Source: an uncultured Corynebacterium sp.
GTDB lineage: Bacteria > Actinomycetota > Actinomycetes > Mycobacteriales > Mycobacteriaceae
DNA: 64,000 bases
Direction of reading: 5' to 3'
NCBI RefSeq assembly: GCF_945649885.1
Contig: NZ_CALZFS010000001.1
Span: 2,030-66,029, forward strand
Each line of letters begins with the position of its first letter. The stretch's first letter is position 1. Both the position numbers and the translations under genes were made by a program. This document shows, piece after piece, positions 42,314-51,756 of the stretch. The notes beneath the pieces were generated by a model, which searched no databases, had not been told where the DNA came from, and worked only from the letters and a program-made list of their open reading frames with translations.

Positions 42314-43009
42314 TTACCAGGCGTTGGTGAGGTCGGCGTGTTGGCGAATCCAGGTGTGCATGGCGATGCCAGCGGCGACACCTGCGTTGATGGATCGGGT
42401 TGAGCCGAATTGTGCGATCGAGCAGGTCATCAGGGCACCCTCGCGGGCGGCTTCGGTGACTCCGGGGCCTTCCTGGCCGAAGAGCAGCAGGCACCTTTCG
42501 GGTAGTTCTGCGGTTTCCAGGGGAATAGAGCCAGGGGTGTTGTCGATGGCCACCACGGTCAGGTCATGGAGGCGTGCCCATTCGAGTACGGAGTGGACAT
42601 CCGGGTGGTGTTCGAGGTGCTGGTAGCGGTCGGTGACCATGGCTCCGCGTCGGTTCCAGCGTCGACGGCCCACGATGTGGACGGTGTCCACGGCAAAAGC
42701 GTTGGCGGTGCGGACGACGGTTCCGATATTGGCATCATTTTCGAAGTTCTCGATGGCCACATGCACGGTGTGTCTGCGGGTATCGATGTCTTTGACGATT
42801 GCCTCGCGGGTCCAGTAGCGGTAGGCGTCCACCACGTTGCGGCGGTCTCCGTTATCGAGCAGTTCAGGATCGAAGTGCTCATCGCTGGGGCGCGGGGTAC
42901 CCGGGTGTTCTTCTTCCCAGGGTGCTTTACCGACCCGGGATTCGCCCCATTCCGTGGGCCCCGGTGTTGCTTCCCCTGCTTCCGGAGTGCTTGGACTATC
43001 CGAGGTCAA
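42314..43009 (-). CDS. SpoU/TrmH family RNA 2'-O-methyltransferase
   Basis: SpoU motifs NIGTVVRTANAF, LLFGQEGPGV, SINAGVAAGIAMH. The only start codon in frame downstream of the pyrE stop is TTG 43009. The longer ORF-track version (to 43429) overlaps pyrE. Confidence 0.7.
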   Translation of the reverse strand: MTSDSPSTPEAGEATPGPTEWGESRVGKAPWEEEHPGTPRPSDEHFDPELLDNGDRRNVVDAYRYWTREAIVKDIDTRRHTVHVAIENFENDANIGTVVRTANAFAVDTVHIVGRRRWNRRGAMVTDRYQHLEHHPDVHSVLEWARLHDLTVVAIDNTPGSIPLETAELPERCLLLFGQEGPGVTEAAREGALMTCSIAQFGSTRSINAGVAAGIAMHTWIRQHADLTNAW

Positions 43010-43550
43010 GATCATCCAGTCCCAGGAGGAAGCGGTAGGGCACGCCTTCTGCGGCGATGACCTCATCGGCACCGGTGGCACGGTCAACGACGGTGGCAAC
43101 ACCAATGACTTCAGCACCAGCTTCACGCAGTGCTGCCACTGCAGTGAGTGGGGAGTTGCCGGTGGTGGTGGTGTCTTCCACAACCAGGACTTTCTTGCCC
43201 ACGATGTCTGGCCCCTCGATGCGGCGCTGCATGCCGTGCTTTTTGGTTTCCTTGCGGACAACAAAGGCATGGATGTCACGGCCCTCAGCATGCATGACGG
43301 CGGTGGCCACGGGGTCAGCGCCCAGGGTGAGTCCACCCACGGCGTCGAAATCCCAGTCGGTGGTGATTTCGCGCAGCAGCTGTCCGATGAGGCGGGAGGC
43401 ACGCGCATGCAGGGTGGCGCGGCGGACATCGATGTAATAGTCCGCCTTCTTGCCCGAGGAAAGGGTGACCTCTCCGTGGACTACAGCCAGTTCCTTGATG
43501 AGTTCTGCCAGCTCCGTGCGGAGTTCGGCGTTGACTTGAGGTGCAGACAT
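42996..43550 (-). CDS. pyrE: orotate phosphoribosyltransferase
   Basis: PRPP-binding motif VLVVEDTTTTGNS. 184 aa. Confidence 0.95.
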   Translation of the reverse strand: MSAPQVNAELRTELAELIKELAVVHGEVTLSSGKKADYYIDVRRATLHARASRLIGQLLREITTDWDFDAVGGLTLGADPVATAVMHAEGRDIHAFVVRKETKKHGMQRRIEGPDIVGKKVLVVEDTTTTGNSPLTAVAALREAGAEVIGVATVVDRATGADEVIAAEGVPYRFLLGLDDLDLG

Positions 43551-43613
43551 GACGTCAGTCCCTTTCCTTAAGGTGAAGTGTTCCCCTCAAGCATAGAACC
43601 CTGGGGGTGTGCT

Positions 43614-45080
43614 TTAAGAGTCGCGGTCCTGATCACGGTTGTCATCGCGGCGCTTATCGCTGTTGAGGAAACGGCTCAACTCGGGATCCAGATTGCGTTT
43701 CCAATCAGTGGGCAGCCCCCGGAACTCAGGCTCCGGTGGGGTGGTGTCTTCATCGACATCGTCAAAGATGCTGGAACGGCCACTCAAGTTGCGTAGCACA
43801 CGGGTGCCGTTGTAATCAGAGTAATTCTGGGTGGTTTGCCCATCAGCGATGGAATCCACATCATCAGCGCCCAATGCGCGGGGCTCCACCACCCCCCTGC
43901 TCTCCTGCACACCACGGACCGGCATCTGCAGTGGTTCCTCCGGACGGATCACCAGTGGTTGGGTGAGATCCACCTCCTGCTCAGGGGAGGGTTCACGGGG
44001 ATCATCAGGGGTGTCTGGTTTCGGACGGGTGGGTTCAATGAGGGCGAGGTTTACGCTCTTGTCCTGGGAACGTGGGGGAAGGGTGAAGGAGGCATCGGTC
44101 AGCAGTGCCAGGGGCTGGAGAATATTGTCCCAGTCCTCCGCAGTGCTGCCCTTGGTGGTTTCAGCAAGCACCCAGTCGGATTCAAACCACACCGCGGTCA
44201 CTGCCTCCGGCATGGCTTCAAAAGCCACCTGGACGCGTTCATCCACAAATCTTTGTGCCACACCGGCCATGTTGCTCAGCAGCGTGAAGCCAGAAACAGT
44301 CTCCACTTCCAGCAGGTCATCGGAATCATTGCGTTCCGGATCGATGGTCAGGGTCGCACGGCGGGCATCGATGACCACCTCGGAGTTCCTACCTCGGCGC
44401 ATCGCCATCACAGGCACCCCGGCCAGATCCACCAGGTGTGTCTCATAGCCCTCAGCGATACCGCTGGCCACATCCCTGGCCACAGCTCCCGTCGATGCCG
44501 CACCGCGGGACCATTCATCGGTCAGGAAGGCATCTTCTTTGATGAAGTCAAAGCCATGTTTGGAGGCCCAGTGTCGACGTTCCCGACGTTGGCTTCCCGG
44601 CAGCGACTGCAGGAAAGAATGCTTTTCGACGCCTTGTTCCTCCTCCCGCACCGTTGTGGAAACAGGAGCGTGAGCACGGGGTGTCACCTCAGGTTCTGGT
44701 TCAGGCTCAATGTCTTTTACCTCCAGCTCCGACTCCGCCACCTCAGGCACGGCTGCCAACCCCGCCTCCACCTCATCATCAAGGTCAGAGACTTCATCGT
44801 CATAGTGGGCGACAACCTTTTCCGGCACCTTCGCCACAACAGGTTCCGGTGTCGGCTCAACTTCAGGGGAAGGTTCCGGAGCAGCTTCTGGAGCGTAGTC
44901 AGAACCAGCATCAGTATCCGGGGCAGGGACCTCATCGGCTTCCTGTGCCTCCACCAGATCTGGTGCATCACCAGAACGTGCACGGGAAGACGCCTTCTTC
45001 GCACGTGCATCTGCGCTCCACAGAGCGATACCTGCCGCCAGAATAAGAGCGGCGATGAGCAGCACCAGTGTTTCCATCAC
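43614..45080 (-). CDS. hypothetical membrane-anchored protein with acidic P/E-rich linker
   Basis: N-terminal TM helix (LVLLIAALILAAGIALW), an E/P/D low-complexity stretch of about 130 aa, then a globular C-terminal region. Confidence 0.6.
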   Translation of the reverse strand: MMETLVLLIAALILAAGIALWSADARAKKASSRARSGDAPDLVEAQEADEVPAPDTDAGSDYAPEAAPEPSPEVEPTPEPVVAKVPEKVVAHYDDEVSDLDDEVEAGLAAVPEVAESELEVKDIEPEPEPEVTPRAHAPVSTTVREEEQGVEKHSFLQSLPGSQRRERRHWASKHGFDFIKEDAFLTDEWSRGAASTGAVARDVASGIAEGYETHLVDLAGVPVMAMRRGRNSEVVIDARRATLTIDPERNDSDDLLEVETVSGFTLLSNMAGVAQRFVDERVQVAFEAMPEAVTAVWFESDWVLAETTKGSTAEDWDNILQPLALLTDASFTLPPRSQDKSVNLALIEPTRPKPDTPDDPREPSPEQEVDLTQPLVIRPEEPLQMPVRGVQESRGVVEPRALGADDVDSIADGQTTQNYSDYNGTRVLRNLSGRSSIFDDVDEDTTPPEPEFRGLPTDWKRNLDPELSRFLNSDKRRDDNRDQDRDS

Positions 45081-45111
45081 ATCTCACACCTTACTGGCAG
45101 AAGGCGATAAT

Positions 45112-45942
45112 TTAAGCTGAGCGCTCCACAGGGTTGGTTGCGTTGGCGCTCCACTGAGACCAGCCACCCAGATAATGGGCTGCCCCGGTGAGTCCTGCCT
45201 GCTCCATCGCTGCCAGCACCTGGGCGGAGTGGTTACCCGAGCCGGAATAGACGATCACATCATCACCGCTGGTCACCCCCGCCAGGCTGAGGATCTCCCG
45301 GATTTCTTCCGGGGCCTTGAAGGTGTGGTCCTCATTAAGCAGGTTGCGTGCCGGGACGTTGACGGCTCCCGGAATATGTCCCGCCTTCAGATCAAGGAGT
45401 TCCCGGTGTCCAGCGAAACGGGCAGAATCACGGGCATCGATGAGGATGCCGGTATGTTTCTTGACATCCTCCATCGTGGCCACCGGCATCTGCCCGGGGT
45501 TCGGCCGTACATTGCAAAAGTGTGGAAAATTACCCGGTCCGCCCGCGTGACCATGGTCCCCATCCTCCCAGTTGCGGAAACCTCCGTCGAGGATGCGGAC
45601 TTCCGGGATGCCCGCCCATTTGAGAATCCACCAGGCGCGTGCAGCGTAGAGTCCACGTCCCTGGTCATAGACCACAACCTTGCGGTCGGTGTTTAGTCCC
45701 CAGCGTCGGAAAGCCTGGGTGAGCAGTCTGACAGGTGGCAACGGATTGCGGCCATCACTGGAGCTGGGCAGCCCTGCCAATTCCATCGCAGGATCACAGA
45801 ACAGGGAGTTGGGGATGTGTTCGGAACGGAAAAGTGTCTGCCCGGCGCCTTCAATCGGTGCCCAGAAGGCTGCTAGGACGGTGTTTTTCTCACCGGTGTG
45901 GATCGATTCTGCAAGTTCGGACGGGGAGATCGATACGGTCAT
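45112..45942 (-). CDS. two-domain rhodanese (3-mercaptopyruvate/thiosulfate sulfurtransferase-like), active-site Cys replaced by Ser
   Basis: Tandem rhodanese domains. The active-site loop reads VIVYSGSGNHSA where MST-type enzymes have CGSGVTA. The Ser codon TCC is at 45244-45246. Confidence 0.8.
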   Translation of the reverse strand: MTVSISPSELAESIHTGEKNTVLAAFWAPIEGAGQTLFRSEHIPNSLFCDPAMELAGLPSSSDGRNPLPPVRLLTQAFRRWGLNTDRKVVVYDQGRGLYAARAWWILKWAGIPEVRILDGGFRNWEDGDHGHAGGPGNFPHFCNVRPNPGQMPVATMEDVKKHTGILIDARDSARFAGHRELLDLKAGHIPGAVNVPARNLLNEDHTFKAPEEIREILSLAGVTSGDDVIVYSGSGNHSAQVLAAMEQAGLTGAAHYLGGWSQWSANATNPVERSA

Positions 45943-46011
45943 GCCACCGAGCCTAGGCGTTGGGCAGTCTCAGCGCAGGGCAGGAAGTCACAGCCCTGAT
46001 CAGCAAGGACA

Positions 46012-46758
46012 CTAACGCCAACCGCTGGTAAGATAGTCTGCCTGATCGAACATCTTCAGGCTGTTGAGATCAATGACCAACTGCACCGGTGCCACAAAAA
46101 ATAGTGGTCCCTGGGCGTAATGACCGGCAAGCTCGGTGGCACCGGCAGGTACCAGGATCACATCTGCCTCCGCTGCTGTGGCAACAGGGGTACCGAAGTT
46201 GAGGGGCGGGCCTTCTGCCCCACCGTCATGCCAGACCACGGTGGGTCCGGTGATCACCTGGCCCCTGATCACGGTGGCTGCTGCAGCACCGGATAATGCC
46301 CATTGGGCATCGCGCTGAGCGAAAAGTTCAGGTAGATCGGCAAGTTCGCCAGATTCAATGGCCACGAACTGGGCTCCCTGACGACGTTCAATGCCCTGCA
46401 GGATTCCGGCTTCTGCCACCAGGGTCAGGGGATCATTGATGCCCCAGCGTTCAAAGCGGTCAAGCCAGGCCACCACATCAGCGTCATGGGGGTTTTCTGG
46501 GACGGAGTCGTCGATGAGCGTTCGTGCTGCGGCTGCGGCATAGGGATCAGAGGCTGCGCCGGCGTGCACTGTGATATCCAGGCCGAGTGCGAGGGCAACC
46601 TCGCGGAGAGTCGACAATGTTGGCTCGCTGGTTCCGTCCTTGACTCGCTTCAAGGTGGAGCGGGACACCCCGGAACGCCTGGAAATGCGGGTCGGTTGCT
46701 CCGCCGCGAGCGCAATCAGTTCGTCGATCTTCACGTATCCACATGCTAGTACCCACAT
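46012..46758 (-). CDS. HTH (XRE-like) domain protein with uncharacterised C-terminal domain
   Basis: N-terminus ISRRSGVSRSTLKRVKDGTSEPTLSTLREVALALGL is a helix-turn-helix. The following ~200 aa are unassigned. Start is ATG 46758 or GTG 46734. Confidence 0.55.
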   Translation of the reverse strand: MWVLACGYVKIDELIALAAEQPTRISRRSGVSRSTLKRVKDGTSEPTLSTLREVALALGLDITVHAGAASDPYAAAAARTLIDDSVPENPHDADVVAWLDRFERWGINDPLTLVAEAGILQGIERRQGAQFVAIESGELADLPELFAQRDAQWALSGAAAATVIRGQVITGPTVVWHDGGAEGPPLNFGTPVATAAEADVILVPAGATELAGHYAQGPLFFVAPVQLVIDLNSLKMFDQADYLTSGWR

Positions 46759-46816
46759 TTTTCCCACCAGCCACCGGGCAGTTCTAGGAACCACCTCTCG
46801 GCTGTAGGATTGCCCT

Positions 46817-46900
46817 GTGAAACACTTCCACCAAGTGTTGATCAACACCCTGATCGTCGCAGTGGTGACCGGGCTACTGCCTTATGCACTGCTGTTCTGA
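46817..46900 (+). CDS. candidate 27-aa hydrophobic peptide (or 5' part of a gene interrupted by an in-frame TGA)
   Basis: AGGA lies 7 nt upstream of GTG 46817. Product VKHFHQVLINTLIVAVVTGLLPYALLF. The same frame stays open after TGA 46898-46900 up to the stop at 47141-47143. Confidence 0.3.
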   Translation: MKHFHQVLINTLIVAVVTGLLPYALLF

Positions 46901-47226
46901 GTGTGCCTGGAAACCCGGAATGTTACTGTGGGCGGTGTACTCAGTGGCCTTCACATGGGGTGGCCATTGCTGTCAGTTCCACCTTCTTCGGCAGCAGCGT
47001 CGAGTACAAGCGAAAAAATACGTGATGCTGGTGGCTACCTGTATATCACCCTGGCGTTTTCGCACTGGTGGACCGAGGGGTGGGAATTATGGATGGACAC
47101 AGCTTCCAGCGGTGTGTACTTCCCGGCGCGATCATATTGGTGATCGTGCTGTTGGCATTCATATCCAGGCCCTCGAGCGCCAACTCAGCAGATAATCCCC
47201 TGCCAAGGGTTGTCCATTAACTGTTT

Positions 47227-47514
47227 CTAGTGATTTCGCAGGGAATCGATCAGTTCGTCCTTCTTCATGGTGGAGCGACCCTCGATCTCCAGCTCGGCGG
47301 CACGTTTGCGCAGTTCTTCGACGGTCCAGTCCTCATAGCTGCCGGCCTCGCCGCCCTTCTTGCCCACTTCTTCACGGGAGGAATTGGCAGCGGCATTGGC
47401 GATGCGTGCCGCCTTTTCCTTACTGGCACCGTCTTCACGAAGTTCCTCGTAGAGTTCGCCATCCTTCACAGATGGCCCACCGGGTGTCTTTTCTGGGTGC
47501 TTATCCTGTGTCAT
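47227..47514 (-). CDS. small protein with C-terminal Rho-termination-factor N-terminal (SAP-like) motif
   Basis: MTQDKHPEKTPGGPSVKDGELYEELR...WTVEELRKRAAELEIEGRSTMKKDELIDSLR. Start trimmed to ATG 47514 because the longer ORF runs through the clpB terminator hairpin. Confidence 0.65.
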   Translation of the reverse strand: MTQDKHPEKTPGGPSVKDGELYEELREDGASKEKAARIANAAANSSREEVGKKGGEAGSYEDWTVEELRKRAAELEIEGRSTMKKDELIDSLRNH

Positions 47515-47569
47515 GACCCCACGATACGAGCCCTTTTCCGTGACTGCCACCACATAGTGCTTAGCGACG

Positions 47570-47615
47570 ACAAACCCCGGTGGGGCCCCACGCATCGGGT
47601 GGGCCCCACCGGGGG
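47570..47615 (-). terminator. Rho-independent terminator of clpB
   Basis: GC-rich hairpin CCCCGGTGGGGCCCAC...GTGGGGCCCCACCGGGG followed by TTTG on the minus strand. Confidence 0.6.
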
Positions 47616-47629
47616 ATGTGCACTAACCT

Positions 47630-50185
47630 TTAGTCGCGGGAAATGTCCAGGGACTGGCCGCCGTCGGCGACGTCGACAAGCACCTTGTCACCGTCACGGA
47701 TCTCACCAGCGAGCAGTTCCTTGGCGAGTGTGTCACCGATGGCCTGCTGGATGAGCCTGCGCAGCGGGCGGGCACCATAGGCCGGATCATAACCGCGTTC
47801 CGCCAGCCAGAGCTTGGCGGAATCCGAGACGCGGAGAGCCAGTCGACGCCCGGCAAGGCGGTCGGCCAGCTGCTCGATCTGGATGTCAACGATGCTGGTC
47901 AGCTGCTCCTGGGAGAGCGGATCGAAGATGACGATGTCATCTAGTCGGTTGATGAACTCCGGCTTGAAGGCCTTCTTCACAGCATCCATCATCTGCTCGC
48001 GGGTACCACCGGCACCCAGGTTGGAGGTGAGGATCAGGATGGTGTTGCGGAAGTCCACGGTGCGTCCCTGGCCGTCGGTGAGGCGGCCGTCGTCGAGAAC
48101 CTGGAGGAGGATATCGAAGACATCCGGGTGGGCCTTCTCCACCTCGTCGAACAGCACCGCGGTGTAGGGACGGCGTCGGACGGCTTCGGTGAGCTGACCA
48201 CCCTGGTCATAGCCGACGTATCCCGGAGGGGCACCGACCAGACGTGCCACGGAGTGCTTCTCCGAGTACTCGGACATGTCGATGCGCACCATGGCGCGTT
48301 CATCATCGAAGAGGAACTCTGAGACTGCCTTGGCCAGTTCCGTCTTACCCACACCTGTCGGGCCCAGGAAGAGGAAAGAACCGGTGGGTCGGTTGGGATC
48401 TGCCACACCCGCACGGGAACGACGCACCGCATCGGATACGGCCGTCAGCGCCTCGACCTGGCCGACGACGCGCTCACCCAGCACACCTTCCATGTTGAGC
48501 AGCTTCTCGGTTTCACCCTGCATCATCTTGCCTGCTGGAATACCGGTCCAGGCGGCAACAACCTCAGCGATGACATCCGGGGTGACCTCCTCGGTGAGCA
48601 TGGAATTATCCGTGCCACCGATCTTGCCCTCGGCTTCCTCGATCTGCTTCTCCAACTCGGGGATGCGGCCATAACGCAGCTCAGCCACACGCCCATAGTC
48701 ACCTTCACGCTCAGCGATATCTGACTCGGAGCGCAGCGCCTCGAGTTCCTCCTTGGATTCACGGACGTTGTCGATGGCCGTTTTCTCATTCTGCCAACGG
48801 GACTTGAGTTCAGAGAGCTTCTCACGCTCATCGGCCAGTTCGGAGCGCAGTCGCTCCAAACGCTGGATGGAGGCGGCATCGCTCTCCTTCTGCAGGGCGA
48901 CTTCTTCAATTTCAAGGCGGCGCACGATGCGTTCCAGCTCATCGATCTCCTGCGGGGAGGAATCAATCTCCATGCGCAGACGCGATGCTGCCTCATCGAC
49001 CAGGTCGATGGCCTTATCAGGCAGGAATCGGCTGGTGATATAGCGGTTGGACAGTTCAGCTGCGGCCACCAGCGCGGAGTCCTGGATGCGGACACCATGG
49101 TGGACCTCATAGCGTTCCTTCAGGCCACGCAGAATACCCACGGCATCCTCAACGGTGGGTTCACCGACATAGACCTGCTGGAAACGACGCTCCAGCGCTG
49201 CATCCTTCTCGATGTACTTGCGGTACTCATTCAAGGTGGTGGCGCCGACAAGACGCAGCTCACCGCGGGCAAGCAGAGGCTTGATCATGTTGCCGGCATC
49301 CATGGCGGATTCTCCGGACGCACCGGCACCGACGATGGTGTGGAGTTCATCAATGAAGGTGACGATCTCACCATTGGCACCCTTGATCTCATCAAGGACA
49401 GCCTTCAGTCGCTCCTCGAATTCCCCGCGGTACTTAGCACCGGCAACCATGGAACCCAGGTCAAGACTGATCAGGGTCTTGCCCTTGAGGGACTCAGGGA
49501 CATCGCCTGCGACGATGCGGCGAGCCAGGCCCTCCACGATCGCGGTCTTGCCCACACCAGGTTCACCGATGAGAACAGGGTTGTTCTTGGTGCGGCGGCT
49601 CAGGACCTGCACCACGCGGCGGATCTCCTGATCACGGCCGATCACCGGATCAATCTTGCCTTCACGGGCAAGCTTGGTCAGGTCAGTGGAGTACTTCTCC
49701 AGTGCCTGGAACTGCCCCTCTGGGTCCTGGGTGGTGACCTTCTGGCTACCACGTACGGAAGGGAAGGCAGCTTTGATGGTGTCATAGGTGGCACCCTTGC
49801 CTTTGAGCAGGTCAGCAGCATCAGACTTGCCGCGCGCAACACCTGCCAGCAGCACCTCGGTGGAGACATATTCATCACCGAGTTCACCAGCGAGTTCCTG
49901 GGAGGCGGTCAGGGCATTGAGTGCCTCGCGGTTGAAATTGGGGTTCGCCAGATTGGAACCGGAAGCCTTCGGGTAGCCGTCGACCAGCTGCTGGGCTTCT
50001 TTGATGACCGTTTTGGTATCCACACCGGCGGCGGTCAGCACGGGACCGGCAGCACCATCAGCTTGTTCCAGGATGGCCACCAGGAGGTGCGCTGGGCGAA
50101 TATCCGGGTTGCCATTGGCAGAAGCCTGCTGGAGGGCCACCTGCATGGCCTCAGAGGTCTTGGTAGTGGGATTGAATGAACTCAT
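47630..50185 (-). CDS. clpB: ATP-dependent chaperone ClpB
   Basis: Two AAA+ modules ([18 protein letters not shown]) with a coiled-coil middle domain. Start trimmed to ATG 50185 (MSSFNPTTK), giving 851 aa. Confidence 0.95.
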   Translation of the reverse strand: MSSFNPTTKTSEAMQVALQQASANGNPDIRPAHLLVAILEQADGAAGPVLTAAGVDTKTVIKEAQQLVDGYPKASGSNLANPNFNREALNALTASQELAGELGDEYVSTEVLLAGVARGKSDAADLLKGKGATYDTIKAAFPSVRGSQKVTTQDPEGQFQALEKYSTDLTKLAREGKIDPVIGRDQEIRRVVQVLSRRTKNNPVLIGEPGVGKTAIVEGLARRIVAGDVPESLKGKTLISLDLGSMVAGAKYRGEFEERLKAVLDEIKGANGEIVTFIDELHTIVGAGASGESAMDAGNMIKPLLARGELRLVGATTLNEYRKYIEKDAALERRFQQVYVGEPTVEDAVGILRGLKERYEVHHGVRIQDSALVAAAELSNRYITSRFLPDKAIDLVDEAASRLRMEIDSSPQEIDELERIVRRLEIEEVALQKESDAASIQRLERLRSELADEREKLSELKSRWQNEKTAIDNVRESKEELEALRSESDIAEREGDYGRVAELRYGRIPELEKQIEEAEGKIGGTDNSMLTEEVTPDVIAEVVAAWTGIPAGKMMQGETEKLLNMEGVLGERVVGQVEALTAVSDAVRRSRAGVADPNRPTGSFLFLGPTGVGKTELAKAVSEFLFDDERAMVRIDMSEYSEKHSVARLVGAPPGYVGYDQGGQLTEAVRRRPYTAVLFDEVEKAHPDVFDILLQVLDDGRLTDGQGRTVDFRNTILILTSNLGAGGTREQMMDAVKKAFKPEFINRLDDIVIFDPLSQEQLTSIVDIQIEQLADRLAGRRLALRVSDSAKLWLAERGYDPAYGARPLRRLIQQAIGDTLAKELLAGEIRDGDKVLVDVADGGQSLDISRD

Positions 50186-50306
50186 TTGTGCAAAAATCCT
50201 TTCATCATATTCGCCAACCTCACCGCAATGACACCACAAAATATCGTGCATCTGCACAGGTCAGCGAGCATTTATTCTTGCTTACACTTCAGTCAACATC
50301 AACAAA

Positions 50307-50327
50307 GTTGAGTATATTCCACTCAAG
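50307..50327. promoter_or_regulatory. HAIR (HspR-associated inverted repeat) operator upstream of clpB
   Basis: The minus strand reads CTTGAGT-GGAATAT-ACTCAAC, a 13 of 14 match to the consensus CTTGAGT-N7-ACTCAAG. Lies 122-142 nt upstream of the clpB ATG. Confidence 0.75.
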
Positions 50328-50360
50328 TTAAGAAAAGTTTAACAAATAATGCCGATCAAA

Positions 50361-50381
50361 GTTGAGCAAGCTTGAAGCAAG
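50361..50381. promoter_or_regulatory. second, degenerate HAIR-like repeat
   Basis: GTTGAGC-AAGCTTG-AAGCAAG, with 5 of 7 matches in each half-site. Confidence 0.3.
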
Positions 50382-50520
50382 TTTAGCCCGCTCCACACTT
50401 TTCGACATCAGGGTCTTCCCCCAAATGCCCGCGGACATCACCCATGCCCGAACCTTGAAGAGTCGTGGAAGCGTTGGACAGCCCTGGCGGAAACCATCAA
50501 CCGGTGCTAAAGTTGTTGAC

Positions 50521-51675
50521 ATGGCAACAAGACTTGAGGCGATCATCATCGGCGCGGGCCAGGCGGGGCTTGCCGCAGCTCATGAACTGACACGGCGCGG
50601 CCTGTCACCTGGGGAAAACTTCCTGGTCCTGGATTCAAACACCGGCCCGGGTGGAGCATGGCGCCACCGGTGGGATTCCCTCACGCTCGGCAAGGCCCAC
50701 GGCATCGCCGACCTTCCGGGACTGCCCATGCAACGCCCTGATCCAACCACCCCGGCCTCAACACTGGTCGCCGACTATTACGGCACATATGAGAAGGAAT
50801 TTGATTTCGCCGTGGTCCGCCCGGTGAAGGTCAAAACAGTTGCCCCACTATCAGAACCTGACCCCGCCTCACCGCTGGTGGTCACCGCCGATGATGGACG
50901 CAGCTGGCAGGCCCGTTATGTCCTGAACGCGACAGGCACATGGACCAACCCCTACGTTCCCTACATTCCAGGCATCGACAAATTCCAGGGCAAACAGTTG
51001 CACACAGTCGGCTACCACAGGGCTGAAGATTTCAAAGACCAGCGCGTACTGATTGTCGGTGGCGGATTAAGTGCCGTGCAATTCCTCCTGGAGATGGAAG
51101 GCATCGCCGAGTTGACCTGGGCCACCCGCAGACCCCCGAACTTCACCGAGAAGAAATTTGATGATGGCTGGGGCCTCGCCGTGGAACGTGCCGTGCGGGA
51201 ACGCACCCACACAGGAAAGGCACCTGCCAGCGTGGTCCGCACCACCGGAATCCCACAACTGCCGGACTATATGGATGGCGTGGACCGAGGACTGATTGTC
51301 AGCCGGGGCATGTTCGATGAGATCACGCCCACCGGTGTCATCTTCAGCGAACCCACCACCTCCCTGGCACATGGTCTTGGACCATCGGCAAATAACCGTC
51401 TGGCCGTACCGAACAGTTGGAACCCTTACCCGGCAGGCACCGAACTGGGTGTGGATGTCATCTTCTGGAACACCGGCTTCCGCCCGGCGCTGCGCCACTT
51501 GGCCCCGATGAAACTGCGTAGCGACCACGGGATCCTCATGGACAATGAGGTCTCCCCCAGCGCTGATGAGCGCATCCTCCTGGTTGGCTATGGGTCCGCC
51601 GCCTCCACGGTGGGGGCTACCCGCGCTGGACGCATTGCCGGCAGGGTCACCGCGAAGAAGCTGGACATCCGCTGA
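50521..51675 (+). CDS. FAD/NAD(P)-binding oxidoreductase (flavin monooxygenase-like)
   Basis: IIIGAGQAGLAAAHEL and a second fold VLIVGGGLSAVQ. Start trimmed to ATG 50521. Confidence 0.75.
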   Translation: MATRLEAIIIGAGQAGLAAAHELTRRGLSPGENFLVLDSNTGPGGAWRHRWDSLTLGKAHGIADLPGLPMQRPDPTTPASTLVADYYGTYEKEFDFAVVRPVKVKTVAPLSEPDPASPLVVTADDGRSWQARYVLNATGTWTNPYVPYIPGIDKFQGKQLHTVGYHRAEDFKDQRVLIVGGGLSAVQFLLEMEGIAELTWATRRPPNFTEKKFDDGWGLAVERAVRERTHTGKAPASVVRTTGIPQLPDYMDGVDRGLIVSRGMFDEITPTGVIFSEPTTSLAHGLGPSANNRLAVPNSWNPYPAGTELGVDVIFWNTGFRPALRHLAPMKLRSDHGILMDNEVSPSADERILLVGYGSAASTVGATRAGRIAGRVTAKKLDIR

Positions 51676-51756
51676 AAACTGCACCACAGGCGGCGCGGAC
51701 AAGCACACCCCACATAGTTGTTGACACATCAAGCATGTAGTGGAAAGGTACATCTC

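Noticed and set aside
43010-43429. N-terminal 140-codon extension of the TrmH-family ORF (ORF track 42314-43429).
   Set aside because: It overlaps pyrE in another frame. It is Pro/Ser/Cys/Trp-rich and not protein-like, and the conserved SpoU domain starts well downstream.
44650-45000. Repetitive P/E/D-rich DNA, seen here and also at 9290-9540 and 22190-22420. Checked as a possible CRISPR array or tandem-repeat array.
   Set aside because: These are irregular low-complexity coding sequence within long open frames. There are no fixed-length direct repeats with unique spacers and no cas genes.
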